From positions 11,590 to 75,589 of IMG/VR virus record IMGVR_UViG_2802429321_000001: a DNA stretch of 64,000 nucleotides; one strand, written 5' to 3'. Below the pieces are notes generated by a model. It had not been told where the DNA came from. It searched no databases and saw only the letters and a program-made list of their open reading frames with translations. Below, piece by piece: positions 43,546 to 51,578 of this stretch. This stretch comes from a virus. Lineage: Duplodnaviria; Caudoviricetes. Within the stretch, counting starts at the first letter, position 1. Each line of letters starts with the position of its first letter. The position numbers and the translations under genes were made by a program.

Positions 43546-43580
43546 AGCCCCAGGTTCCCGCCTGGGGCTTGTTACTGTTT
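43546..43580 (+). terminator. Intrinsic terminator closing the repeat array
   Basis: AGCCCCAGG-TTCCCG-CCTGGGGCT then TGTTACTGTTT. Confidence 0.75.
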
Positions 43581-43735
43581 GCAGTCCGGCGCCCCCGGGG
43601 AGGATCCGGGGGCGCTTGTCCGAGCGGGGGCGAGGACACTGTGGACATCGCCTGACCAGCGGAGATCGTTACTCCGTACGGCTGGCTTGCTTCAAGATTT
43701 GGAACAGTTTGGAGCAACTTGGAGTTGACACGGGG

Positions 43736-43767
43736 CCGCCCTGCTCCGGGGAAGTGGAGCAGGGCGG
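43736..43767 (-). terminator. Terminator-like hairpin at end of leftward early operon
   Basis: 12-bp perfect stem CCGCCCTGCTCC/GGAGCAGGGCGG, 14 nt after the stop at 43782. Confidence 0.6.
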
Positions 43768-43781
43768 TGGACTGGTGGTTA

Positions 43782-44063
43782 CTAGTTGACAAGCTTGCGC
43801 AGAGTCGCGACCTCGTCCACGTACTGCTGCGCCTCCACCAGCTTCGTCGCAGCGCGGTCACCGTGCTCGGCCAGCCAGTCTTGGAAGTCCTCGCTGGCTT
43901 TCTTGGTGGTGATGTGGAGGTGGACCACATCTCGAAGCGCGCCAGCGGCATCCAAGGTGATGATCGCGGTATCAAGGTCGGCGCCAGCTCGGATCGCCTT
44001 GCCTATCCGCTCGTTCCGCGCATCGCGAGACTTCCGGCGGTCGTAGTCATCGAACTCAAGCAC
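43782..44063 (-). CDS. Hypothetical protein
   Basis: Start re-called at GTG; RBS GGAGG. Confidence 0.55.
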   Translation of the reverse strand: MLEFDDYDRRKSRDARNERIGKAIRAGADLDTAIITLDAAGALRDVVHLHITTKKASEDFQDWLAEHGDRAATKLVEAQQYVDEVATLRKLVN

Positions 44064-44154
44064 TGTTCCTCCAGTAGGGACGTTTCGTGACGGGTCCTGG
44101 CGGACCGGACGCGGCACCCACGGGGGTGGATGTCGCATCCCGTGCGCCAGGTGG

Positions 44155-44340
44155 TTACCGGTGCAGCCAGCGCTGGAACGGAGTCAGCTTGGCCTCGGCT
44201 TCGCCGGCTGCGCGGTTGAGCTTCTGGTAGGTGGGGTCGGTGTCCTCGAACGGGTCGCGTCCGTTGTTGGAGCGCTCGTCGCTGTAGTCCCTGACGGCGT
44301 CACGGGCCGCCTTGTAGTTGCGGATGTTGTCGTCGGCCAT
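44155..44340 (-). CDS. Small hypothetical protein
   Basis: RBS AAGGAG; MADDNIRNY... Confidence 0.6.
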   Translation of the reverse strand: MADDNIRNYKAARDAVRDYSDERSNNGRDPFEDTDPTYQKLNRAAGEAEAKLTPFQRWLHR

Positions 44341-44354
44341 GGCGGTCTCCTTCA

Positions 44355-44441
44355 TCACTTGGTCGCGCAGGACAGGCACTTGATGCCGGTGGTGGGCATG
44401 CCGCACGCGCAGCAGTCGTTGATCGGGGCCTCGTAGTCCAT
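44355..44441 (-). CDS. 28-aa micro zinc-finger peptide
   Basis: RBS AAGGAG; MDYEAPINDCCACGMPTTGIKCLSCATK. Confidence 0.55.
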   Translation of the reverse strand: MDYEAPINDCCACGMPTTGIKCLSCATK

Positions 44442-44585
44442 GATGGGTGTGCTCCTTGCGGGGAGTGGGCCCGGTCGGCTGGTTCCTAGGCGAGCCGACC
44501 GGGCCGTCTTCGTGTTGGTGGCCCTGGTGGACCAGAGGCGGCACCCGGGCGGGGCGGATGCAGCCTCCTGCACACCAGGCGCCGG

Positions 44586-44807
44586 TCAGTCGAGATGCCC
44601 GGACTGGCGGGCGGCCGCGATCTCCGCGGCGCTGCTGTTGCGTTTCGCCGCGTCCAGGGCTGCTTGGGCGCGTTTCTGCTCCAGCTCCTGTGCCGGTGAG
44701 TTGAAGGCGCTAGCCCCCGTGTCCGCGACCCATTTGTCTAGCGCCAGGTTGTGGAGCCGTTTCACTTGGTCTTCCCGGACGGGCTCGGTCTTTTTCTTGC
44801 CGAACAT
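44586..44807 (-). CDS. Small hypothetical protein
   Basis: RBS GAGGA; MFGKKKTEP... Confidence 0.6.
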   Translation of the reverse strand: MFGKKKTEPVREDQVKRLHNLALDKWVADTGASAFNSPAQELEQKRAQAALDAAKRNSSAAEIAAARQSGHLD

Positions 44808-44820
44808 GCGATCAGTCCTC

Positions 44821-45369
44821 TCAGATGAGTGCGGTTGCGAGTGCTGCGAGGGCGAGTGCCCCGATGTGCCAGGCCTGGTCAATGGCGTAGCCGCCGGTGC
44901 CCAGGCTGGGGTTGTCGAAGCTGGTTGGTTCCTCGGCGCCGTTCTTGCCGATGGACACGACGTGGACGGGCAGTTCTTCCCCGCCAGACGTCTTGACGTA
45001 GGCGCGGATGTTCTCCCTCGGCTTGCCGAGGCTGGGGAACACGGGGCTGCCGAGCTTGGCGGAGAGCCGGGCGAGCCTGCCCCGATCACGGTCAGCCCAG
45101 TAGTGGGTGACCGCGGAGACGGCTTGTCCAACGACGAAACCAGCGGGAGTGATGCCGAGGCGCAGTGCCTTGTTGAGGACCAGGACGGCGCCGGCGGTGT
45201 GCGCCGTGTACTGGAGCACGTGCCCGAGACATGCCCTGGTCCCATCAGGGCCAGGGTCGCATTTGTGCGCGGCCTGCGGGTCGGTTTGGCCGGTGAGGTG
45301 GTCGGCAACCTGGTGCACGGCGTACAGGGCGGCGGCGAGCGCGGCGAACTTCGCGGCCTTCGAGGTCAT
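44821..45369 (-). CDS. DUF3307-like membrane protein
   Basis: HQVADHLTGQT...ACLGHV...THYWADR...DQAWH. Confidence 0.7.
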   Translation of the reverse strand: MTSKAAKFAALAAALYAVHQVADHLTGQTDPQAAHKCDPGPDGTRACLGHVLQYTAHTAGAVLVLNKALRLGITPAGFVVGQAVSAVTHYWADRDRGRLARLSAKLGSPVFPSLGKPRENIRAYVKTSGGEELPVHVVSIGKNGAEEPTSFDNPSLGTGGYAIDQAWHIGALALAALATALI

Positions 45370-45815
45370 GACGCGGCCTCCTCAATGAGTGCTGCGACAC
45401 GGATGTGGCAGCCGGGCTGTTCGCCTGGCTCAGCGATGCGCTTGGACGGGTGCATGTCGACGACTTGGGAGTCGTCTGCCCAGAGTCCTGCGTAGGTGAG
45501 TGCGTCACAGACGGCTCGGGTGAGTTTGTCGAGGTCTGGGCGTTTCACTGCGGGTGGCGTGGAGCGTTTCGGTGCGGACAGTGGCCGCGGCAGGACGAAT
45601 TCGAACTTGGCGACGAGCGGGACACCAGTTGTGAAGCCGCGGTGTCCGGTTTTGCGCATGGCGTCGATGACGGTCCAGCGGATGTCTTCGCGCCAGGGTT
45701 TGACGGCCTTCGACATTTCGATCATGACTCCGCCACCAACGTGCCGCTTGGAGCCTTGCGGGGCGGGGCGACCAGGCACGAACACTTCGAGCATTGGCGT
45801 GACGGTGGCGGTCAT
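45366..45815 (-). CDS. rusA: RusA-like Holliday junction resolvase
   Basis: VPGRPAPQGSKR, RPDLDKLTRAVCDALT, DDSQVV. Confidence 0.88.
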   Translation of the reverse strand: MTATVTPMLEVFVPGRPAPQGSKRHVGGGVMIEMSKAVKPWREDIRWTVIDAMRKTGHRGFTTGVPLVAKFEFVLPRPLSAPKRSTPPAVKRPDLDKLTRAVCDALTYAGLWADDSQVVDMHPSKRIAEPGEQPGCHIRVAALIEEAAS

Positions 45816-46066
45816 GCGTTAGCTCCTGGGATGAGGCCGCGTCCGATGGCGATGGTGACGGCGTGGGTGGAGTTGGTGGCCGCGAGTTTGCGGATCGCGT
45901 TGTGGGCGTGTCGTTTCGCGGTGTCGAGGGACATGTCGAGCTCGCGGGCAGTGGTCCTGTAGGTGTGGCCGAGGGAGATGTAGTGGAGGACCGCGAGCTC
46001 GATCTCAGTGGGCCGGGCAATGCGGTGGGCGTCGACCTCGGCGGCCATGGCCTCGATGTCACTCAT
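45812..46066 (-). CDS. LuxR-type HTH protein
   Basis: PTEIELAVL...GHTYRTTARELDMSLDTAKRHAHNAIRKL. Confidence 0.8.
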   Translation of the reverse strand: MSDIEAMAAEVDAHRIARPTEIELAVLHYISLGHTYRTTARELDMSLDTAKRHAHNAIRKLAATNSTHAVTIAIGRGLIPGANA

Positions 46067-46308
46067 GGCTGGTCTGCGTTCGTTGGCTGTCCGACCCAGC
46101 GGAGGAGGGTGAGGAGGTGATCGGTGCGGACGTCTCCGTCGCGGGTTTCGAACCGCATGATGGTGGAGGCAGCGATGCCCAGGTTTTCTCCTGCCGCCCT
46201 GAGTGAGAGCTGGTCGCGACGGCGCTTCTCGCGGACGAGTGCGGGGAGGATCTCGATGACGTGGGCCAGTTCCTCGTAGGAGGTGGGTGCTGAAGTCGGG
46301 TCACTCAC
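46063..46308 (-). CDS. XRE-family HTH protein
   Basis: Start re-called; LVREKRRRDQLSLRAAGENLGIAASTIMRFE. Confidence 0.8.
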   Translation of the reverse strand: MSDPTSAPTSYEELAHVIEILPALVREKRRRDQLSLRAAGENLGIAASTIMRFETRDGDVRTDHLLTLLRWVGQPTNADQP

Positions 46309-46592
46309 GGCTGGTCTCCGTCCTCGAAGGGCAACCCGTCCATGCAGGCTGCGGCGAACCGCATCCCGGCTTCGATGTGATCGGGGCAGAGAACCCGACC
46401 GTCCGGGAGCGCCAGCCAGTCGCCTAGGTGGTAGCGGCGCTGGGTGTCGGTGAGTTCCGGTCGGCCGTAGAGGATGGGGCCGGGTTCGTTGTCTTCGTCG
46501 TCTTCGGGAATCTCGTAGATCGTGGGGCACTGGCCGTTGGTGGTGCGGCCGTCGCAGCGCAGCACGTAGAAGGTGCGTGTCTCGAAGCTCAT
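46305..46592 (-). CDS. Small Cys-containing protein
   Basis: CDG...CP...LCPDH. Confidence 0.6.
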   Translation of the reverse strand: MSFETRTFYVLRCDGRTTNGQCPTIYEIPEDDEDNEPGPILYGRPELTDTQRRYHLGDWLALPDGRVLCPDHIEAGMRFAAACMDGLPFEDGDQP

Positions 46593-46834
46593 GGCTGCCG
46601 CTCCAGCTCCAGGAGGGCCGCTTCGACTGCGAGGCGTGCGAGGTTGTTGACCTCGTGGATGAAGCTACTGTCGACGCACTCCAGGGTTTGCGCGGCACTG
46701 CCGTTTGGGCTGATAGCTGCCCACCTATTCAGGACGGCTTGCACGCAGGATTTGGGAACTCCGATCCCGAGTGCGCCATAGACGTAGCCGTCACGGTCCG
46801 GCTCGTCGTCGTTGCTGCGGTGCAGAACACTCAC
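46589..46834 (-). CDS. Hypothetical protein
   Basis: Start re-called. Confidence 0.5.
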   Translation of the reverse strand: MSVLHRSNDDEPDRDGYVYGALGIGVPKSCVQAVLNRWAAISPNGSAAQTLECVDSSFIHEVNNLARLAVEAALLELERQP

Positions 46835-48033
46835 GGCTGGTCTCCGTCCTGTACTGGGATGCCGGCGGCATGTAGGGCTTCCTTGGCGCGCTGGATGTAG
46901 CCAGCGTGGTTCCACTTCTCGGCGAAGTACTCGCTGACGTAGGGCAGCATGTCTTCGAGTCCCTCAAGGGCATCTGCGAGCGCGGCTTTGAGTCGCCCGT
47001 TCTCGACGGTGACGTGCGCCAGTTCCTTGGCCTGCTCCGGCAGTGCGCCCGGCTTGGGCATGGCGTCGATCATGTCGGCGACGGTGACGCCTTCGCCGTC
47101 GGGCAGGCCGAGATGATTACGGAGGATCGCCATCTGCTCCGCGTACAGGCTGCTGCTCGCGGTGAGGAACTCGACATCCACCACGAGCTTCCGATTCTCT
47201 GCGGCGAGCTTCATGTGTGCATCGAGGAGGTTCCCGCCCTTGTGCTGCTCGTTGACGTACGGGGTGTCGTGGGCGGCGTAGTGGGCGAGGATCGCGGCGG
47301 CGGCTTCCGCCGTGTGCGCCTCCCACGTATGCCAGTGACCGCGACACGTATCGAGTGGCTTGCGGCTTTCGTGGATGGCCCGCGCCACTGCCTCCACCAC
47401 GTCACTGCCGGGCTCCGGTACTGCCAGCTCGACGGGGATCCGTCCAGCCGGGACAGTGCCCTCCATGCATTCGTTGGACTGCCAGCCGGACATGTTCTGT
47501 TGGCCAGGGCAGTACACGAGGTGCCACGGTTCGTCGTCGGGTTCGGCGAGCTTCACGTACAGGTGATCGGTGGCGATGCGCAGGCTGCCGACGGGATCTT
47601 CTTCGGGTGTGGTTGTAGGCAGGTCGAGTCCGTAGGGGGCTGGGAGTTCGTTGATGACTCCTTGGTTGGAGGTGACAGGCTTGCCGTCCACCACGACCCG
47701 GATTGAGCCCAGCACTTCGACACCAACGAGACCGCCGTTCGCGTCCCGGTCGATGTTGATCGACGCGGTGATGCACTCGGTACGGTCCACATCGGCGTCC
47801 CGGAGGTGCACGTACACCGAGCCCTGCGCGGGCTCCGTGGGCGGCTGCCATCCAGCGGTGAGGAGCGTGTCCGCGATTTCGCCGACCGTCACTGGCCGCC
47901 AACTGTCGCCAGCCGCGGCGACACAGTTGAGGTCCTCTGCGTCCGGGAGATCCGGGTTGCTGTCCCGGTCGGGCCGGAACGCGGCGGCGAGAAGTTCCAC
48001 CGCCGCGTCCCGACCGGTCCGCTGCTCGCTCAC
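46831..48033 (-). CDS. Mosaic multidomain protein with a DUF2283-like segment
   Basis: VYVHLRDADVDRT...IDRDANGGLVGVEVL; C-terminal coiled coil. Confidence 0.55.
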   Translation of the reverse strand: MSEQRTGRDAAVELLAAAFRPDRDSNPDLPDAEDLNCVAAAGDSWRPVTVGEIADTLLTAGWQPPTEPAQGSVYVHLRDADVDRTECITASINIDRDANGGLVGVEVLGSIRVVVDGKPVTSNQGVINELPAPYGLDLPTTTPEEDPVGSLRIATDHLYVKLAEPDDEPWHLVYCPGQQNMSGWQSNECMEGTVPAGRIPVELAVPEPGSDVVEAVARAIHESRKPLDTCRGHWHTWEAHTAEAAAAILAHYAAHDTPYVNEQHKGGNLLDAHMKLAAENRKLVVDVEFLTASSSLYAEQMAILRNHLGLPDGEGVTVADMIDAMPKPGALPEQAKELAHVTVENGRLKAALADALEGLEDMLPYVSEYFAEKWNHAGYIQRAKEALHAAGIPVQDGDQP

Positions 48034-48260
48034 CGCCCCTCCTCGGCAATCGTCCAGCGTCGGGCCTCGCCGATCTCCCAGGCGTGCACCTCTACGTGAT
48101 GCAGGAACCGGGCATCAGAAGCCACGACGCCAGGCGGGGACAGCCACGCGTGCTGGCCCTTGCCGGTGTTGTCGCCCTCGGTGAAACGGATCGCCCACCG
48201 GCCGGTTTCCGGGCACACCCGGATCGTGCCCACCGGGTCGTCAATCGGATGCTCGCTCAC
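48030..48260 (-). CDS. Hypothetical protein
   Basis: Overlap-coupled. Confidence 0.55.
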   Translation of the reverse strand: MSEHPIDDPVGTIRVCPETGRWAIRFTEGDNTGKGQHAWLSPPGVVASDARFLHHVEVHAWEIGEARRWTIAEEGR

Positions 48261-48442
48261 CGCTTCTCCTTGAAGTCATTGGGTTCCACGCTGTCGTCGA
48301 AGATCACGACGTGCCCGTCTGGCCACGTCTCCAACGCACCCCACACATCGGGGTGCAGGAGCCGCAGGTGGTTGAGTAGGTCCACGCTGGGCATGTCGGA
48401 TCGGCACACGTGGCAGTGACCGGTATTCAGTGGCTCGGTCAT
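48257..48442 (-). CDS. Small Zn-finger-like protein
   Basis: CHVC...HLRLLH; start re-called. Confidence 0.55.
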   Translation of the reverse strand: MTEPLNTGHCHVCRSDMPSVDLLNHLRLLHPDVWGALETWPDGHVVIFDDSVEPNDFKEKR

Positions 48443-48918
48443 CACGCCACCTCCAGTTGCGTCTCGTCCAAGCGCCGGAACCGGTGCTTGCACCCGGCTG
48501 CTGTGCACCGTTTCGCGTCCGGGACCTCGCGGGCCGGGATCGCCTTCGACACGTCCGGGCTGGTGTGCCCACAGGCGGGGAACCCATCGACCATGACGTG
48601 CCAGACGACTGTGCCAGCGTTACTGGTCTTGCCTCGCCTGGTGTATGGCGCGGCGATCAGGTCCCCGGATGCCGCGGTACCGGCCAAGACCCTCGCCTGT
48701 CGGATTTCATTCCGCTCGGCGGGCGTGGTGCCGCCGAAGATGCCGCACGGGATCGCCTGCTGTAGCGCCCACTCCAGGCATTGCGCGGTGACTGGGCACG
48801 CGTTGTTGCAGATGCCCTTCGCGTACGCCTCCTGATCCGGCGACATCGAGCCACGGTCAGGGGAAAACCAGATCGACTTTGCCTTGCTCCGGCACTTCGC
48901 CCGGTCACGCCAGTCCAT
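48442..48918 (-). CDS. whiB: WhiB-family transcription factor with C-terminal Cys extension
   Basis: DWRDRAKC...AKGICNNACPVTAQCLEWAL...GIFGGTTPAER. Confidence 0.9.
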   Translation of the reverse strand: MDWRDRAKCRSKAKSIWFSPDRGSMSPDQEAYAKGICNNACPVTAQCLEWALQQAIPCGIFGGTTPAERNEIRQARVLAGTAASGDLIAAPYTRRGKTSNAGTVVWHVMVDGFPACGHTSPDVSKAIPAREVPDAKRCTAAGCKHRFRRLDETQLEVA

Positions 48919-48919
48919 G

Positions 48920-49234
48920 TCAGTCCCCTCCGTCGCGGGTCTCGGCGATGGCGAGCGCGTTCTTCTCTGCCTGCTGGAGCTGCCAGATCTCGGCGCGGAG
49001 GTTGTCGATGCGGATCCGCAGTGCCTCCAGCGACTGGGCCAGGCGTGCGTTCTCATCGGTGAGCCGCTGAATCTCGTCGTCCTTCGCTTCGAAGATCGGT
49101 TGGATCGTGGCGAGCGCCGCATCAGCGAGGTTCAGGCAGTCTTCCCACGTGCTGTCGATCGGGTCGGCGGCACTGATGGACTCAGCCACGCACTGCCGCA
49201 AACCATCCACTACGGGCTCGATGTGCTCGGTCAT
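48920..49234 (-). CDS. Coiled-coil hypothetical protein
   Basis: RBS AAGGAGG. Confidence 0.6.
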   Translation of the reverse strand: MTEHIEPVVDGLRQCVAESISAADPIDSTWEDCLNLADAALATIQPIFEAKDDEIQRLTDENARLAQSLEALRIRIDNLRAEIWQLQQAEKNALAIAETRDGGD

Positions 49235-49252
49235 GTCGTCCTCCTTGGACGG

Positions 49253-49333
49253 TTAGCAGTCGGGGCAGCGGGTGATTTGGCCGGCGATCCACACCCACCG
49301 GAAGTCGTTGCACGTGCCGCAAGTCGCGTTCAC
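49253..49333 (-). CDS. 26-aa micro zinc-finger peptide
   Basis: RBS AAGGAG; MNATCGTCNDFRWVWIAGQITRCPDC. Confidence 0.55.
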   Translation of the reverse strand: MNATCGTCNDFRWVWIAGQITRCPDC

Positions 49334-49428
49334 GGTGTCTCCTTGGGGTAGCAGCGGTGAATGGTGATGGCGAGGACGGCGATCCCAGCGGCGATCACGG
49401 GCGCGAGGGCGATCCACTCGGGGGTCAC
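49330..49428 (-). CDS. 32-aa single-TM peptide
   Basis: MTPEWIALAPVIAAGIAVLAITIHRCYPKETP; GTGA overlaps at both ends. Confidence 0.5.
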   Translation of the reverse strand: MTPEWIALAPVIAAGIAVLAITIHRCYPKETP

Positions 49429-50669
49429 GCCGCACACCTCCCCGCGGTCGAGAGCAGTGGCAGCAGGTGTCGTAGGGCGGCCTCGCCTTGCTGGGGGACG
49501 ACACCGTTCCCCAGTAGCTTCAACTGATCGTTCCGGGAGACTCCCTCAACGCCAGTGACATGGCCAGCTGGGAGGCCCATCAACCACTCCACGAACCGCG
49601 GGCTCAGGACTCGGTTGGCTCGCCGTCCGGGCTCGGTGGGCTCTGGGGCTGGGCGGCCGAGGACAGACTCCCAGCGGCGGATAGCGGGCTCGTAGGCTCC
49701 CCAGTCCAGAACACGTCGGTCAGTGTCCAACCGAGGTTGGTGCTGCCCTTCTTCGCGGACCTGCGCGCTGTCGCATTCCGTGTTCCACGACTGTCCGCCA
49801 CCGTTGGTGTCGGCAGCAGCTTCTCCCCAGTAGCACTGCCTATCGGTGGGGCAGGCAGTGCAGAAGCCGCCCTCGTCGTACTGCCACTCTGGGTGTCCGC
49901 AGCGCTCACACTGGTCGGCGTCGGCAGTAGATGTTCCACCTCGTCGGCCAATGTGGGCCCATGCCCACCCGCCTTGCGCTTGTCCAGGTGCTGCGAACCG
50001 CCATTCACCGCCAGTTGCGCAGTTGGTGTTTTGAACAGCTGCACCGCCGAGGGCAGCATCAAGTCCCCCGACGAGCCTCGCTGATTCGGGCCACCCTTCG
50101 TCCCGTCCGTCGCCCGCGGTGTCGGCAGCAGCGACGAACACGCGGTACCGGTTGTGGGGGGCTCCCACTTCGGCAGCTCGTAGGCCACACCAGACCGCGT
50201 CATACCCGAGGGTGGCCAGGTCTCCAAGTACACATCCGAGTGCCCGCAGAGGGACGACGTCGCTGTCTCCCAGACACCACGGGCAGGGTTCCAGGTCGCA
50301 ATGGGCCTTGGCACTGAGGATTCCCCTGACGTTCTCAACGACCACCAGGCGTGGCCGTAGTGTGCGGATTGCGGTGGCCATGTGGAGCCACAGCCCGGAC
50401 CGGGTCCCCTCGGCGAGGCCAGCGCGGAGGCCGGCGCTGCTGACGTCCTGACAGGGGAAACCGCCAGCGAGGATGTCGACGGGTTCGACCTGGTCCCAGT
50501 CGATGGCGGTGATGTCGCCGAGGTTGGGAACACCGGGATGGTGGTGTGCGAGGAGCTTGCTGGCGGCGGGGTCGATCTCGGAGTACCAGGCGAGGTCGCC
50601 GCCGAGTGCGGACCGGACTGCCATGTCGAGGCCGCCGCATCCGGAGAAGAGTGAGCCGACGGTGGTCAT
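49425..50669 (-). CDS. DNA (cytosine-5) methyltransferase
   Basis: Motif I SLFSGCGG, IV GGFPCQD, VI ENV, VIII PHNRYRVF, IX EWLMGLP, X LGNGVVP. Confidence 0.92.
   Translation of the reverse strand: MTTVGSLFSGCGGLDMAVRSALGGDLAWYSEIDPAASKLLAHHHPGVPNLGDITAIDWDQVEPVDILAGGFPCQDVSSAGLRAGLAEGTRSGLWLHMATAIRTLRPRLVVVENVRGILSAKAHCDLEPCPWCLGDSDVVPLRALGCVLGDLATLGYDAVWCGLRAAEVGAPHNRYRVFVAAADTAGDGRDEGWPESARLVGGLDAALGGAAVQNTNCATGGEWRFAAPGQAQGGWAWAHIGRRGGTSTADADQCERCGHPEWQYDEGGFCTACPTDRQCYWGEAAADTNGGGQSWNTECDSAQVREEGQHQPRLDTDRRVLDWGAYEPAIRRWESVLGRPAPEPTEPGRRANRVLSPRFVEWLMGLPAGHVTGVEGVSRNDQLKLLGNGVVPQQGEAALRHLLPLLSTAGRCAA
49604..50533 (-). CDS. Alternative-frame ORF nested in the methyltransferase gene (LPTP repeats)
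   Basis: TWPPSGMTRSG, LLPTP three times, FKTP; start uncertain. Confidence 0.5.
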   Translation of the reverse strand: MFPTSATSPPSTGTRSNPSTSSLAVSPVRTSAAPASALASPRGPGPGCGSTWPPQSAHYGHAWWSLRTSGESSVPRPIATWNPARGVWETATSSLCGHSDVYLETWPPSGMTRSGVAYELPKWEPPTTGTACSSLLPTPRATDGTKGGPNQRGSSGDLMLPSAVQLFKTPTAQLAVNGGSQHLDKRKAGGHGPTLADEVEHLLPTPTSVSAADTQSGSTTRAASALPAPPIGSATGEKLLPTPTVADSRGTRNATARRSAKKGSTNLGWTLTDVFWTGEPTSPLSAAGSLSSAAQPQSPPSPDGEPTES

Positions 50670-50767
50670 GCGAGGACTCCGATCAACGCCGCGGTGTAGA
50701 GGAGCGCGGTCCAGAGTCCGAGGCGCCACAGGGGCATTGGCTGGCGGGGCTGGTGGAGGCGGTGCAT
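50666..50767 (-). CDS. 33-aa single-TM peptide
   Basis: MHRLHQPRQPMPLWRLGLWTALLYTAALIGVLA; overlap-coupled. Confidence 0.5.
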   Translation of the reverse strand: MHRLHQPRQPMPLWRLGLWTALLYTAALIGVLA

Positions 50768-51264
50768 CAGGCTGCCTTCCCGTGCTCGGCCTCGGGGCGG
50801 ATCACGTCGTTGTGGCAGCGGCAGCCACACACAGGCTTGCGGCGCCACACGGATCGACGGGCGCATGCGCAGTCCTGGCAGGTCACTTCGACTGCGATGC
50901 GGATCGAGTGCCGCATTTCCGCCACTACCTGCCGGCCCCAGAGGGTGACCACGGCGTGGTCGTTGATCAGGCCGTGGCGTTGTAGGCAGGCTCGGGTGGC
51001 TGGGTGCAGGTGGGGCTGGTCGCCGGCGTAGATCGCTTCGAGTGCCCGTCGGGATGGGCGGGAAAGTTTCCACCATGCAGCGGATTCGCGGCTGCCCGCG
51101 GTGAGCCAGCTGGTCATGCTGTCGACGGTTTGTCGGACGGCTTCCGCGGGGTTGTCTTTCATCCACTGCACCCGGAGGCACACGCTGGGTTGAGGGTTGG
51201 TGGCGTCTTCGGGGGCCATGTTTGGGTCAATGGTGACTGGGGTGCCGTCGGGCCAGGTGTCCAT
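50767..51264 (-). CDS. Hypothetical protein
   Basis: Start re-called at MDTWPDG; RBS AGGAG. Confidence 0.55.
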   Translation of the reverse strand: MDTWPDGTPVTIDPNMAPEDATNPQPSVCLRVQWMKDNPAEAVRQTVDSMTSWLTAGSRESAAWWKLSRPSRRALEAIYAGDQPHLHPATRACLQRHGLINDHAVVTLWGRQVVAEMRHSIRIAVEVTCQDCACARRSVWRRKPVCGCRCHNDVIRPEAEHGKAA

Positions 51265-51578
51265 CAGGCTGCGCTCCTCTCTCCGGTCGCGAGGCGGATA
51301 CCGGTGTCTGTGGCGGTGGTGATCGTGTAGGGCTGCTGTTCGGCGTCGTAGCCGTCGTAGCTGCGGATCACCCACTGGGTGCCGTCCCACTCGGTGCGGC
51401 TGACGATCTGGTGGCCGCGGTCGGCGCGGAGGATGACGCGGATCCGGGTGAGGCCTCGGCGGTGCTGGTAGATCCATGTGCCTGGGATGCCGGGGAGGGT
51501 GATGCGTTGGAAGCCCGCGGCAACGAGGCGGTGCCCAGCCGCCGCGAGCTCCCGTCTAGCAGGCAGATCCCCGGACAT
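51264..51578 (-). CDS. Hypothetical protein
   Basis: TGATG overlaps. Confidence 0.55.
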   Translation of the reverse strand: MSGDLPARRELAAAGHRLVAAGFQRITLPGIPGTWIYQHRRGLTRIRVILRADRGHQIVSRTEWDGTQWVIRSYDGYDAEQQPYTITTATDTGIRLATGERSAA

